NCBI GenBank assembly: GCA_951406725.2
Contig: OX597832.1
Span: 22,816,001 to 22,880,000 of the forward strand
Reading direction: 5' to 3'
From: Octopus vulgaris
Lineage: Eukaryota
Length of the DNA: 64,000 nt
In this document: positions 28,101 to 42,384 of the stretch, piece by piece
How the letters are laid out: each line of letters starts with the position of its first letter
How positions within the stretch are numbered: the stretch's first letter is position 1
Translations under genes and position numbers: made by a program
Notes under the pieces: generated by a model
Told to the model about the DNA's origin: nothing
The model's input: the letters and a program-made list of their open reading frames with translations, nothing else
The model's database searches: none

Positions 28101-28171
<71 letters not shown>

Positions 28172-28321
28172 TGTGTGTCTGTGTGCGTATGGTGCTGCTT
28201 GTGCTTGCGTCCCGCAAGGCTTGACAACCTTTGATGGTTTGCCGGCATCTCAGTAACTTAGGGGTCCTGCAAAAGAATTGGATAGAGTAACTGGCAAACT
28301 TTCGGGGAAAAAATTGTACAT

Positions 28322-28690
28322 AGGCGTAGGAGTGGCTGTGTGGTAAGTAACTTGCTTACCAACCACATGGCTCCTGGTTCAGTCCCACTACTATAACATC
28401 GGGTCGACCAAAGCCTTGTGAGTGGATTTGGTAGACGGAAACTGAAAGAAGCCCGTCGTATATATGTATATATATATATGTGTGTGTGTATGTTTGTGTG
28501 TCTGTGTTTGTCCCCCCAACATCGCTTGACAATCGATGCTGGTGTGTTTACGCCACCGTAACTTAGCGTTTCGGCAAAAGAGACCGATAGAGTGATTACT
28601 TGGCTTTCAAAGAATAAGTCGATTTGCTCGACTAAAGGCGGTGCTCCAGCATGGTTGCAGTCCGCTGATCGAAATAAGTAAATGTTAAAA
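28322..28690 (+). mobile_element. SINE family A with internal deletions
   Basis: Matches 45773-46181. Confidence 0.9.
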
Positions 28691-28932
28691 GACTACAGAA
28701 TAAAGATAAAAGGAAATCATTACTAGAACGGCATGGAAATGGTTTTGCTGTTATAAAGATTGGTTTGGAATAATGGTGAACAAGTCTTGATTTGACTAAT
28801 TACATTTCTTTTTCTTACGAACGTCTCTTAAGACGTAAAAACATTACATAACTACGCTTCGTCACTCTGGCTTTTGATCTACCATTTGATTTACCTTCTT
28901 TTACCTTCACCTTTTGATATACATCTTCATTA

Positions 28933-29200
28933 AGACGGCAAACTGGCAGAAACGTTAGCAAGCAGGGTGAAATGCTTAGCGGTATTTCGTCTGCCGTTAC
29001 ATTCTGAGTTCAAATTCCGCCGAGGTCGACTTTGCCCTTCATTCTTTCGGGGTCGATAAATTAAGTACCAGTTAAGCACTGGGGTCGATATAATCGACGT
29101 AATCCGTTTGTCTGTCCTTGTTTGTCCCCTCTGTTTTAAGCCCTTGTGGGTAGTAAAGAAATAGGTATTTCGTCTGCCGTTACGTTCTGAGTTCAAATTC
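28933..29200 (+). mobile_element. SINE family B plus start of a second body unit
   Basis: Restarts at ggtatttcgtctgcc after the tail. Confidence 0.88.
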
Positions 29201-29254
29201 AATATATATATATATATATACATATATGTATATATATATATCTACACACACACC

Positions 29255-30600
29255 GAAAACCTGGTGTTGGTAGGATATTCCTTAGACTAGTAGATAAGCA
29301 TGCTATACAATTTCATACGTACAGACGCCAATTCAACAGACAGAACCTAAAAGTCCCTTTTAGCTGCGTCCCCAATATTAAAAGTATTTTAGTTAACACC
29401 CCTGGGCCTCGAGCAGAAGCAGGATGTTCATGCAGGGGCTACTGCAGATGCCCAGTAGGAGGCCAATGCATAACCAAGGGGGTCGTATATGAGGCTAGGG
29501 GTGGCATCCGACTCAAATAGCAACAGCAGCAGCAGCTTATTTAGCAGCTATGGCAGTGACATGGATGACAGTAATAATAACAACGGCCACAACTGTGGCA
29601 GGGACCACAGCAGGTCAAACGCTAATAATGATAACAATAATAACAACGACAACATCAAGCACTACTGGAATGGAAGCACTCCGTCGGTTACGACGATGCG
29701 GGTTCCGGTTGATCCGAATCAACGGAACAGCCTGCTCATGAAATTAAAGTGTAAGTGGCTGAGCACTCCACAGACACGTGTACCCTTAACGTAGTTCTCG
29801 GGGATATTCAGCGTGACACAGAGAGTGACAAGGCCGGCCCTTTGAAATACAGGTACAGCAGAAACAGGAAGTAAGAGTGAGAGAAAGTTGTGGTGAAAGA
29901 GTACAGCAGGGATCACCAGCATCCCCTGCCGGAGCCTCGTGGAGCTTTAGGTGTTTTCGCTCAATAAACACTCCCAACGCCCGGTCTGGGAATCGAAACC
30001 GCGATCCTATGACCGCGAGTCCGCTGCCCTAACCACTGGGCCATTGCGCCTCCACATCAAGCACTACTATAGCGCTAGTAACAGCTTCAACAATGAGGAT
30101 GTTTATAGCAGCACGAACAGAGACAACAGCAGCAACAACAACTGCACTGGCATTAACTCTGTCAACGATGATGTCCCCTACACCAGCATGAATGACGCCA
30201 TCACCATCACCGACACCAACAACACCAGCACCAGCAACAGTAGCAGCATCAACGTCAACAGAAGCAGCATTCGAAAATACACCGGACGTTCCGGAAACAC
30301 TCTCAAGTAGCACTTCTTCAACCACAAATCCTCATTTAGAATGCCGGAGAGACGTTACGTCACGTCACGTCTTTAGCCAGCCACGTGTGACACTTGAATG
30401 ACGAAGGGTCTCCACATGTAATCACATGGATGATCTTAGAAAAGCCGAGTTCCTACATTAACGAGAGTAAACGTTTCCAACTGTGCATAGCGGAACAGGC
30501 GAGGATATTAAACAACTCCCTCGATCCGGGGAACATTTTAAATACCAGAAATTTTCAGGCTCTGCAAGCTGACTGGATCGATTCTGGACAGCGGTCTACC
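29255..30600 (+). mobile_element. Degenerate Penelope-like element (Hydra-type linker and GIY-YIG), interrupted by a SINE
   Basis: GVGRIFLRLVDKH..RQFNRQNLKVPFSCVPNIK..CSCRG..RCPVGGQCITKGVVYEAR; later KYTGRSGNTLK*HFFNHKSSFR..ITWMILEK..KRFQLCIAEQARI..LNTR. Confidence 0.8.
29667..30053 (-). mobile_element. SINE family C, full length, with cgtcgtaaccgacggagtgc tail
   Basis: tRNA-like head; TSD acatcaagcactact at 29652-29666 and 30054-30068. Confidence 0.92.
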
Positions 30601-30865
30601 TTGAGCTTGATCTTTCTTCTTTGTTTGCGTATTGAAAAACTAGCCACGCGGTCTTTTCTCCCTCCACATCGAAGGGAAGTTATGGGCCACGGGATATTAG
30701 GGTTTGACGAGATGTATGTAAATCCAAGCGCTTAAGGAACGCGAAAATCTGGATAACCGTACGAACCGGCCATAACTACCTTTACCTAAATACTCTACTT
30801 ATTCTACTGCTCCATAACTTAGAATGTGGTTCTCTTTCGGATTTGTGATTTACTGACGATCGATA

Positions 30866-30869
<4 letters not shown>

Positions 30870-30963
<94 letters not shown>

Positions 30964-31002
30964 CATACATACACACACATATATATATATATATATCCAT
31001 GC

Positions 31003-31035
<33 letters not shown>

Positions 31036-31205
31036 TGTACGTATGTATGTAAGTATGTATGTATGTATGTATGTATGTATGTATGTATGTACGTATGTAT
31101 GTATGTATGTATGTATGTATGTATGTATGTATGTATGTATGTATGTATGTACGTACGTATGTATGTATGTATGTATGTACGTATGTATGTATGTATACAC
31201 ACACA
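30870..31205. repeat. (TA)n/(TATG)n microsatellite
   Basis: Direct reading. Confidence 0.95.
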
Positions 31206-31490
31206 TCTAAGGTATAATAGAGGTAGGCGAAAACAGAATGGTTTTCTTACTAAATGAACATTTCCTGGTTTCAACAGTAATTATCGTAATTCGGTAATAT
31301 TGCTTTTAGCTGGAAGGCTAATGATTGGCACAAGGATAATAGATGTAAAAGTATGTGGTTAACATTAGAATGTACAAATGGATGTATTATATATATATAT
31401 ATATATATATACGCGCGAATATATGCATATACATATATGTGTGTGTGTGTATACGTGTATATTTACATACATGCACATACATACGCATAT

Positions 31491-31539
<49 letters not shown>

Positions 31540-31559
31540 GAGATAGAGAGATAGATACG

Positions 31560-31633
<74 letters not shown>

Positions 31634-31634
<1 letters not shown>

Positions 31635-31999
31635 GTTTCTTTATTAGCCACACATGGCTGCACACAGATGGGACAAATTACAAGGTAGAGCTTTTCTTTT
31701 GGGGATGGAAAAAAAACAAAAAGTGGCGTAGGTTTTCGATCAAAAGGGATCATAAAAGGGATAAAAAAAAGAAAAAAAAACAAAAGAAAAGAAAAAAGAA
31801 GAAAAAAAAGGAAAAAAGGGGAAGAGGTAAAAAAACGATTACTAAGGATCGTGTATCACAGTGTTATGATGTACGGTGTAAAGGGGGAAGCAGATAAGGT
31901 TTATCCGTGGGAAGAAAAGCCTACGAAAAAGACCACGGTAACCTTGGTCAATATTGTTATATGTTACCACATTTGTTTGCAAGTGGGTAACCCTCTGTT
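31634..31999 (-). mobile_element. LINE-like 3' UTR fragment inserted in (GATA)n
   Basis: Minus strand ends agccatgtgtggctAATAAAgaaact-(TATC)n; (GATA)n arrays at 31492-31633 and 32000-32255. Confidence 0.6.
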
Positions 32000-32012
32000 A
32001 GATAGATAGATG

Positions 32013-32048
<36 letters not shown>

Positions 32049-32049
32049 T

Positions 32050-32158
<109 letters not shown>

Positions 32159-32163
32159 CAGAC

Positions 32164-32246
<83 letters not shown>

Positions 32247-33414
32247 CAGATAGATATGCGCACAACAAAAACACTTAAATATAAATAGTCCTCTAAAAAA
32301 ACTCTCTTAAACCGTATAATCACCAAACATCACGGTTTGTCAATGAGCGTTTCATGAAGCAAATGTTCACTTAATGTTTAAAATCACTTGCGGTAAAAAA
32401 TAATAATAATAATAATAATCGGAGTAATTACACATTTTCGCTGCTCGTTTACTATTCATGGATATACGACAATCTCTTTGCTTTTCGTTTTCTTCTTCGC
32501 TTTGTGCATTTATTACCACATTTGCAACATTCTGGGTATTGTGTTATGAGTGTGCAGCAATTGTTGAAGAAATATGCAAATATTGAACGACATACGTAAC
32601 TGTAGGGGCTTAACCATATATTCGCGTCTGAATAATATACGCTGCAATTATTCTTTAGTAACTCAACCTAGATCTGTAACGGATAGGGGTCTTTTTTTTT
32701 TATATGTGTTGTATGTTTAAGAGAAATCTATTTTACTCAACAAATTAGCGTTATTCAGACTGGAATGTATAAACCTATTATTCCACTCATCATATAGAAT
32801 TCAGTTTTCCACCATTTTCGCTAACCATTTTCGCTAACATTGACAAATAGCATTTTCATCGAACAACCCGTTGCACTATTAAATCTCGGAGCTATTGATT
32901 TTGCCCTAGGTGCTCCGATTTTACTCAAAATAAGCGGTACTATCACCACGTCTAAGATAATCTTTTTATCTGTTTATATAAAGCTTTTAACGAATTACCG
33001 AGACGAAATCCATCCGAAATGAAAGCACTTGACTGCGAAACATCGACGGCCGTCAATTTTGTCCGGAATGTAGTTGTGGAATATTAATGGCTGGTTCCAA
33101 ATCTTGTTATGCAAATAAAATTTCATAGTCATTGGAATGCTGAACACCATTATCGCTATTATTCATATATATTCACTATATATTTCTGTATACAACCGAT
33201 TGGACAGAGATCAGAACTCAGTATACAATATTTAAGACAATTTGAACACGCTTTTTGTTTTACTAGAACATTTCAAGATGCATAACAGTGTACAACAACC
33301 AGTCTCGTGGGACAGATGGATGACGCTATAGCTAATGGCACGATGTTTAAACTAGAGGCACAGTGTTTAAGCTAGAGGCTATATGATAAAATATGATACG
33401 ACTATTGGACAATT

Positions 33415-33708
33415 GTGGAGGCCCAGCGGTTAGGGCAGCGGACTCGCGGTCGGAGGATCGCGATTTCGATTGTGTGTTTATTGAGTGAAAACACCTAAAG
33501 CTCCACGAGGCTCCGGCAGGGGCTGGTGGCAACCCCTGTTGTACTCTTTCGCCCCAACTTTCTCTCACTCTTTCGTCCTGTTTCTTGGGTAACGCTGCGA
33601 TGGACTGGCGTCCAGTCCAGCTGGGGAAGGGGGAACACATACCCCACAGAAACTGGGAAATCGGGCCCATGATCCTGGCTAGGCTTGAAAAGGGCGCATC
33701 AATAAAAA
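33415..33708 (+). mobile_element. SINE family C head with V-like tail
   Basis: ctgcgatggactggcgtcc motif; flanking att(g/a)gacaatt repeats. Confidence 0.85.
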
Positions 33709-33957
33709 TTAGACAATTATCTTCTCATATCAAACTGTAAATGGCGAAGCTAAAACTGTGAAGGGGAAACATTTTATATGATTTCACACTAAATTAAGGG
33801 GCGACTTATAGACGAACAAATATAGCTTCTTAATATAATTTCCAGTCTACTCAAGATCGATGAGTGTAAGTGAGTAGAGAAGATGTGGGGAAGCCTATCG
33901 AATGGATTGTACGTACACAAACGTTCTCGTAACGAGGAGATCGATAAAATACTAATT

Positions 33958-35205
33958 CTATCGAACTGACACAAAATTGTCTCTATATTTGAGCCATAGA
34001 GTGGCCGGATCACACAGTTCGCATGCCTGTAGTAATACTGCAAATAGTACCCTGAGACCTTTAGGTGATTGTGATAAAGCAGCCTCTCCTAAAGTTGCAT
34101 CCCATTGTGCACCATCTTCTAACAGACCTTGTCGATAGCAGGCTTCTCTGTATGTTGTGTAGACATGTCCATGAACGGTTTTTAGGGCCTGGAAAGACGT
34201 TGGCCCTCTGACCTCATGCAGTAGTAGACGAAGGTAGAAGCACTGTTGTTGAGTGGGATGCACTATGTATATTCGCCCAAGGCAAATGTGAAACTTAATG
34301 CCAGGGTATCCATGAACATTTTGACCTGCTTTCCGTTGGGCCCATTTTTTCCCATTCCAAGTGTAGTACGATGAAATCTGTGGATACAGCAAGGTTTGAG
34401 TGAATGGATCCACTTGAGAAAGAATGCAGTGAGTGAGCTATCCCTTGGTTCCTCTGCCAACAGAGAAGCATTAGCATCGGTGAAGTACACTCTTTGGCCA
34501 TTTTCCAGGTGCACTGCAAGCTGTTGAATGGCGGGGTGTCGTTGGTGAATTGGAAAGCCAAAGATGCGCCAGAAAGCCTCGTTGCTACTTATGTACCGTC
34601 CCACCTGATAATGGGTCACCTCATCCTGGCAGTATTCTTGTTGAATCCAAACATTGCAGCGTCAGAACCCTTGTTTACATATTTGCAAACGTACTTGATG
34701 GATTTAACGGAGTTTCAAAACTCAACGTTGATGTGGGCATTGAAAGTCTTTGACGGGAGTGGGCAGTATGGAACGATCCATCTATTATCAATATCGTGCT
34801 GTCCGATAGTTGCTGTGAAATCTCCGTCTTCTGGTTTTCTGCGTCTGTATGACGGATGCCCATCAGCACCTGCCTGAGTTTCTTGTAGGAACCTCCTTGG
34901 AAATCTTTTTGAACATATGATGTTGAATCCACACCCACATGGACCATGTACCATGTTTGCTTCAACTATTTCGTATCGTTCTTTATCTAAAGCTGGATCA
35001 GGAAGCTCTGCAGAGATAATGTTGTCGATGTCATTGGAATTGATCTTTGCTGAGAGCCAAAGCAGGATATGAGCATGTGGAAGACCCCTTTTTTGCCACT
35101 CGATTGTGTACATGTCACATTGTATGGGCCCAAAGACTTGCCCTTTTTGTATGAGCTCCATGAGAGAGATTAACTTGAGATGGAAAACTCGGGCGTTGAG
35201 ATTCC
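33958..35205 (-). pseudogene. Helitron RepHel fragment (HUH Rep domain), frameshifted
   Basis: YTIEWQKRGLPHAHILLWL, MVHGPCG, HINVEF, YICKYVNKG, RYISSNEAFWRIF, QLAVHLENGQ, FYLRLLL..VRGPTSF, TYREAC..GLLED. Confidence 0.95.
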
Positions 35206-35329
35206 GGTTCGAATGTAAGGCAGGTTTTAAAGTGTTCCCAACAGTTATTAGTTGTAGTGGTAGAGTGTTTATGCCGAATATGTACGTATGCATGTATATA
35301 TATGTATGTATGACTGTATATATATGTAC

Positions 35330-35462
35330 AAAATCCACTGAGAAGGCTTTTGTTGGTCTCAGGCTACAGCAGAAGACACATGCCAAGTCACCACACAGTG
35401 GGACTGAACCCAGGACTATGTGTTTGGAACGTAGTTTGTTACCACACAGCCACACCTGCCCT
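35330..35462 (-). mobile_element. SINE family A head fragment
   Basis: ttaccacacagccacacctgcc. Confidence 0.75.
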
Positions 35463-36259
35463 TATGTGTGTGTGTGTGTGTGGGTAGATATATTATGCAT
35501 GTATATATGTGTATATATATGTGTACATATTACATGTACATATATACATATATACATCTACACATAAAATACAAAATACAAAGTTATATCTTGATATTGC
35601 TAGTGATAACAATACTCAAAATATATAACAGACTGGAATTGTAGGCCTGTCTCTTGCAATTTCGATCAACTGGATCTTGTCCTCCCTCTTGTATAGAAGT
35701 GTACGGCTGCAGCGAAATTCATTTTTGTACTTTCTTCTATCGAAGGCATTTTAACAAAAATGCTTCCGTAAAGACGGTGAAAATATTGTCAATTTCCCCA
35801 AACAGGGACACAATTCAATAACCAAAGACCCTTCTCTGAAAGGGGGAGGGTTACGGTTTACAATTATTTAACAAATGCAACACAACAACGTTTCCCGTGA
35901 CGAGGAACCAACAAACGTGATTACAATAGTCAAACAGTAATAATAATAACAACAAACCTTTTTAATTTATCCCCATTTATGTGAAACCACTTATTCAAGT
36001 TCAAGTCATTGATGCAATTTTATACGAATTGCTAATACACACACACACACACACACACACATAATAAGTGTGTAGCATATAAGACCATAGCGGATCTTCT
36101 TCTAACAAAATGGATGATCATTGTTAACGGTTCATCCCTGTTATATAATACTGTCACTTTAATAGTGAAAGTGTCTGCATTACAAAAGAGAGATGTTTTT
36201 GTTTCACTTTTAACACGTAATACTGAAATAGCGGAGAAGATATGATATTGCTGTGGGGT

Positions 36260-36426
36260 CGCCCTAGGGAAAGAGTTAAGATTTTTTTGCCGATGACACT
36301 CCGCGTACCTTAAGTAAGGCATGTGTCAAATTTGAATGAAATTGGTTGTGTAGTTCTCAAGTTTTAGGGAAACACACAGACAGACAGACGGACAGACACA
36401 CATTCTCAGTTTTATATATATATAGA
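36260..36426 (-). mobile_element. Helitron-type 5' end, possibly belonging to the RepHel remnant
   Basis: Minus strand A|TCTATATATATATAAAACTGAG..(tctg)n..aactacacaaccaatttcattcaaattt; same orientation as the RepHel. Confidence 0.6.
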
Positions 36427-37239
36427 TATAGATATAGATATAATATATATATATATAATACAGTGTACATTTAAACACATAAGAGGTGCCCGTCACAGGA
36501 CTCCCTTACGCTAGAAGGAACAGCTAAATTCCAAACTACTAATTAGGGATAAAATTTGGAAGGGGATGAAAAATAAAAATATTTACCATATATTTCCAGG
36601 ACCATGGTTTCAGACATTCTTTTAGCAAATAAAATTATTTGCTAGGCGAAGTGTTCGTGAACAGGTACGCCAAGATTAAGCAAATAAGTACGAGGCAAAT
36701 CCAACATGTGCATCTTGCTTATACATTATAACATTTTCAAATCCACTGCGCAAGCGCAGTTTTCTTTTTTTTTTTTGTCGGCAGGAAAGAAATGAGAAGA
36801 GTATAGATTAATGAAATGACGATAGAGAAGACAGCAGAAAAGGATTAAGGAGTTGAAGAAACAGAAGAAAAAGAAGACTGAAAATTCATAGTTCAAATTT
36901 CAGATCATGTTGGAGTAAGTCCGTAAGCTCTTAGGTGCAATGCTGTATAAATCCATGTCGCTTAAAGTCCTATTATCCAAAAATAGAGGCAACGTTCGAT
37001 AACGGAATGGTAGCGGAGGTGGTTACTAAATGGTAAAAAGAAAGAAAGAAAGAAATATAAATAGAAAGAGAGGTAAAGAGAGCGAGAGAGGAAGTTAAAG
37101 ATTGGTCTTAAGGATTAAAATAAGACATAACATATATAAGATTAGTGTGTACAGAAATATCCAAGATAATTCCTTTCGATTTACTTTATTTCGTATTTTT
37201 AATTATCTTCCTTCATCTCCTCTTCCTCTCCACTCACTC

Positions 37240-37461
37240 TCTTTACTCTTTACTCTTTTACTCTTTTACTTGTTTCAGTCATTTGACTGCGGCCATGCTG
37301 GAGCACCGCCTTTAATCGAGCAACTCAACCCCGGGACTTATTCTTTTTGTAAGCCCAGTACTTATTCTATCGGTCTCTTTTTGCCGAACCGCTAAGTGAC
37401 GGGGACGTAGACACACCAGCATCGGTTGTCAAGCAATGCTAGGGAGACAAACACAGACACA

Positions 37462-37542
<81 letters not shown>

Positions 37543-37714
37543 TCATATATACGACAGACTTCTTTCAGTTTCCGTCTACCAAATCCACTCACAAGGCTTT
37601 GGTCGGCTCGAGGCTATAGCAGAAGACACTTGGCCAAGGTGCCATGCAGTGGGAATGAACCCAGAACCATGTGGTTGGTAAACAAGCTACTTACCACACA
37701 GCCACTCCTGCGCC
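37240..37714 (-). mobile_element. SINE family A, full length
   Basis: Matches 45773-46181; (ttttactc)n tail. Confidence 0.92.
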
Positions 37715-38368
37715 TTATTTACTTTTATTTATTTATTTATCTTCTTGGTTATTTCTGTACACTATATTCTTATACATCATATTGCATTATTTTATCCTTA
37801 AGTCTAATCCTTAAATTTCTCCCTCACACTCTCTACCTCTCTTTCTATTTATTCATTTTGCTTGACGTTTACGTCTATTTCTGGATAATCACACCATTGC
37901 GACATTAATCCGCATGGATTTACACAAGATTGCACCTAAGGACTTACGGACTTACTTCAACGAGCCCGCAAAGTTGAACTGTGAACTTTTATGCTTCTTT
38001 TTCCTTCTCTTTCTTCACCTCCTTTCTCCTTTTCTCCTGTACTCTCTGTCGTCATTTCCTTAATCTATACTCTCCTCATTTTCCCTATTTGTCTCCAATG
38101 ACGGAACATGCCATACTCAGGGATATCCCAGAAACAGCTGTAAGACTTTGGAATTTTCCAATAATAATAACGTATACGACTTGAGAGGTTTGTCTTACCT
38201 AACCTTGGTTCTCCTCTTTAACAATTATATATCTTCTATATCAAAATCTACAATGGCTCCATGATTACCGACTCCACTATATCCTCTGAGCACTGGTAAT
38301 CTGTAAAAGCACTTACCTAGCGTACCTAGTCGTTTAGATCATTGTGAACAACTAAAACCCCCACACTT

Positions 38369-38417
<49 letters not shown>

Positions 38418-38422
<5 letters not shown>

Positions 38423-38697
38423 GGGAATAAATCCAAATTTACAGGGAAAAATCAGATTTAGGATTGAATCTAATTTTATAGTAAAATATTATATTATATT
38501 AAATTAGAGACAAAACCACTATTATGCAAATCAAACAAAGAAAGACTTAAGCCAATACATAAAATAATTTATATAAATTTAGAAATTTAACAATTATAAT
38601 TGTTAAATTTCTAAATTTATATAAATTATTTTATGTATTGGCTTAAGTCTTTCTTTGTTTGATTTGCATAATAGTGGTTTTGTCTCTAATTTAATAT
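38418..38697. repeat. (TA)n-embedded element with perfect 2x101-bp palindrome (38496-38697)
   Basis: Arms checked by eye, centre 38596|38597; relatives at 39078-39180 and 42076-42390. Confidence 0.9.
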
Positions 38698-38715
38698 TAT
38701 ATATATATATACATA

Positions 38716-39000
38716 TATAAATATAATAAAAGGCTTCAAATAAGGAAGCGTAGTGCTAGAAACACAAAAAGAGATAAATTCATGAAAGGAATGAAAATTA
38801 AAAACATTTACCATCTCAGCTGAGATGGTAAATGTTTTGGATTTTCATTCCGTTTTTGTGTTTCTAGCACTACGCTTCCTTATTTGGAAGCCTTTTATTA
38901 TATTTCTATATGAATAATATATAGTCTAATGACTAGTTCGTCTTTTGTGCTAGGCCACTGGTAATAATAATTTATTTTATTACCCTATTTGATTATGTTT
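38716..39000 (+). repeat. (TA)n-embedded fold-back element, centre 38819|38820
   Basis: ccatctcag|ctgagatgg centre; homologous to 49870-50030. Confidence 0.85.
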
Positions 39001-39019
39001 TATATATATATATATATAT

Positions 39020-39083
<64 letters not shown>

Positions 39084-39215
39084 TTAGAGACAAAACTACT
39101 ATTATGCAAATCAAACAAAGAAAGACTTAATCCAATACATAAAAATGTTTATATAAATTAAATTAAATTAAATTAATATATATATATATATATATATGTA
39201 TGTATATATGTATAT

Positions 39216-39276
<61 letters not shown>

Positions 39277-39877
39277 TATATATATATACTTCTAATATAG
39301 GGATAACATTTTATTAATAAATTTTATCAGCGGCCAGCGTATGAAAAATACCTTTTAAGGTGGAAATTATAAATACAATTATAAATAAGGGCAAAAAGAA
39401 AAACACTTCTTTGCAAATAAGCTGAAAAATTGACGCGAAATCATTTAACCACATAAAATATTTTCACTTATATTATTATGTTGAAACGAGGAAAACATGC
39501 TAAGAGAAATTCATAGAAATATAGTTATTCCCGTATTGTATATGTGTGTCTATGTGTATTTATGTATGTGTGTATTTATGTATGTATACGTTCATGCATA
39601 CATACATACACACGCCCACATGTAGAAATAACATTAAATTTTAGTATCAATATTAATCAATTGTTCACTATTATATTGATTTCTCTATTTCGATTTGGCT
39701 TCTGATTCCATTATCCATATTTTACCATTTTTACTTACTAACATTTATATTAAGAGTCTTAATTATTCATAATCGAAGTCATAATTTATCACTTGAGTCT
39801 TGTAGTTCTTCTGTTCAACCGAGATACTTCATAATAAATGTTGGTACTGTTGTTTTTGTTGTTTTTGATTTCGTTGT

Positions 39878-39939
<62 letters not shown>

Positions 39940-39973
39940 GTTATTAAATTACTATGATTATTTATGTCATTAC

Positions 39974-40018
<45 letters not shown>

Positions 40019-40061
40019 ATATTATAATTATTATTATTATTATTATTATTATTGTTATTAA

Positions 40062-40101
<40 letters not shown>

Positions 40102-40109
40102 GTTATTAA

Positions 40110-40146
<37 letters not shown>

Positions 40147-40150
40147 ATTA

Positions 40151-40182
<32 letters not shown>

Positions 40183-40240
40183 TTGTTTTATTATTATTAA
40201 TATTATCATTATTATTATTATTATCATCATCATCATCATT
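39878..40240. repeat. (CTA)n/(TTA)n microsatellite
   Basis: Direct reading. Confidence 0.95.
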
Positions 40241-40922
40241 AATTTATATTTATATTTCCGCCATTCAATAAATGCAAATATGTTAGGTAAACAGGTAATT
40301 AGGAGAGAACAGGAAAAGCAAATAATAGAATTTAAGGAAATTAATTTGAGAAAAAAAAAATTAATTACAAAATCTAATATTATTTCTTTTTGGTTTTGCT
40401 CATCTGAATTTATTAGTTTTTTTTAATTTTATTGTCTTCTCTTCGTTTGCTCGATAATCTAAGAGTCAAAAATAAATTTAAACGAAGTTTCTCGTTATCC
40501 ATTAAGAAACATTCAACAAACAACGCCATATTTAAGTCCCTGTTGTTTCCTTGCAGATATTATTCACACTCCGAAGGACTGTTCTGTGCTTGAATGCGAA
40601 TCTGTTTTGTGAGTATACGTAAGTGTGGCCGTGCAGGGGCGCAGATGATGAGGGTTCTTACTGTGAATAATTATGCTTCCAATAATATGATTTAAAGTCT
40701 GTCGAGCGAATGTACTAGAAAAATTTCCTGACAACAGAACGAAAGCAAGGGAAAATAAGGAGTTATGCTGAAGGGAAGAATTTAATTGTATAGAATTAAC
40801 CTTGAAATGTCGTAGCGTGGCAATGTAAGAGGGGATCAAGAAATATCAGCCAGCCATAAAACTAGGAGTAAATAATAAGTGTTTGTGTGTGTGTGTGTGT
40901 GTATATATGTGTGAGAATAGAC

Positions 40923-41435
<513 letters not shown>

Positions 41436-42075
41436 ACCTAGTCCTTACTACGAAAGATGGGAAACACTGAAGGAAATTTATCACTTGACCTAAAATCGTT
41501 TACAAAGAATCTCATACAAAATATCGATTTCTCTCTTCCCTCTCTCCCTCACTCTAACTATCTATCTATCTATCTATCTGTGTCTCTCTGTCTCTATCCC
41601 TCTCTAAGACTTTTATCTCTGTCTTTCCTCATCATCTCAAACGTTTTACATCAAGTGACGAGATGTCATTCTATGTTTACGTACTTGGTGAGGATCGTTT
41701 CAACATAGCAAATGACATTATTATCCAACGCCATACCACCCCGCCGATAACTCCAACTTCCGCTACACCACCTCCATCACTACAACCACCACCACCACCA
41801 CCACCACCACCACCACCACGAATATCATCAGTGACGCAGGTATCATAGTTAGCACCATCGAGGTTCATCGTGATTTGGCTGATCCGAAACTGTGTGGTGT
41901 CCAATTCCTGTTCTTTCACTTCGATGGTTATATTATTATTGTGTGGGCGAACATAATTATCACGGTAACCTAGTTCTGGTAATTGCTAGATATATATACT
42001 TAGGTGCATACATACACACATATGCACATACCTACCTATACGTACGAATATATATATATATATATAATAATAAAT

Positions 42076-42384
42076 ATTAGGGAATAAATCCCAACTTACA
42101 GGGAAAAATCAGATTTAGGATTGAATCCAATTTTATAGTAAAATATTATATTATATTAAATTAGAGACAAAACCACTATTAGGCAAATCAAACAACGAAA
42201 GACTTAAGCCAATACATATCATTAATTTATATTATTTAAATATGTAACAAAATTATTAAAAAATATAATTAATATTATTTTTTAATAATTTTGTTACATA
42301 TTTAAATAATATAAATTAATTATATGTATTGGCTTAAGTCTTTCATTGTTTGATTTGCCTAATAGTGGTTTTGTCTCTAATTTA

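Noticed and set aside
29990-30053. tRNA gene calls in SINE heads
   Set aside because: The A and B boxes belong to TSD-flanked SINEs and no complete cloverleaf is present.
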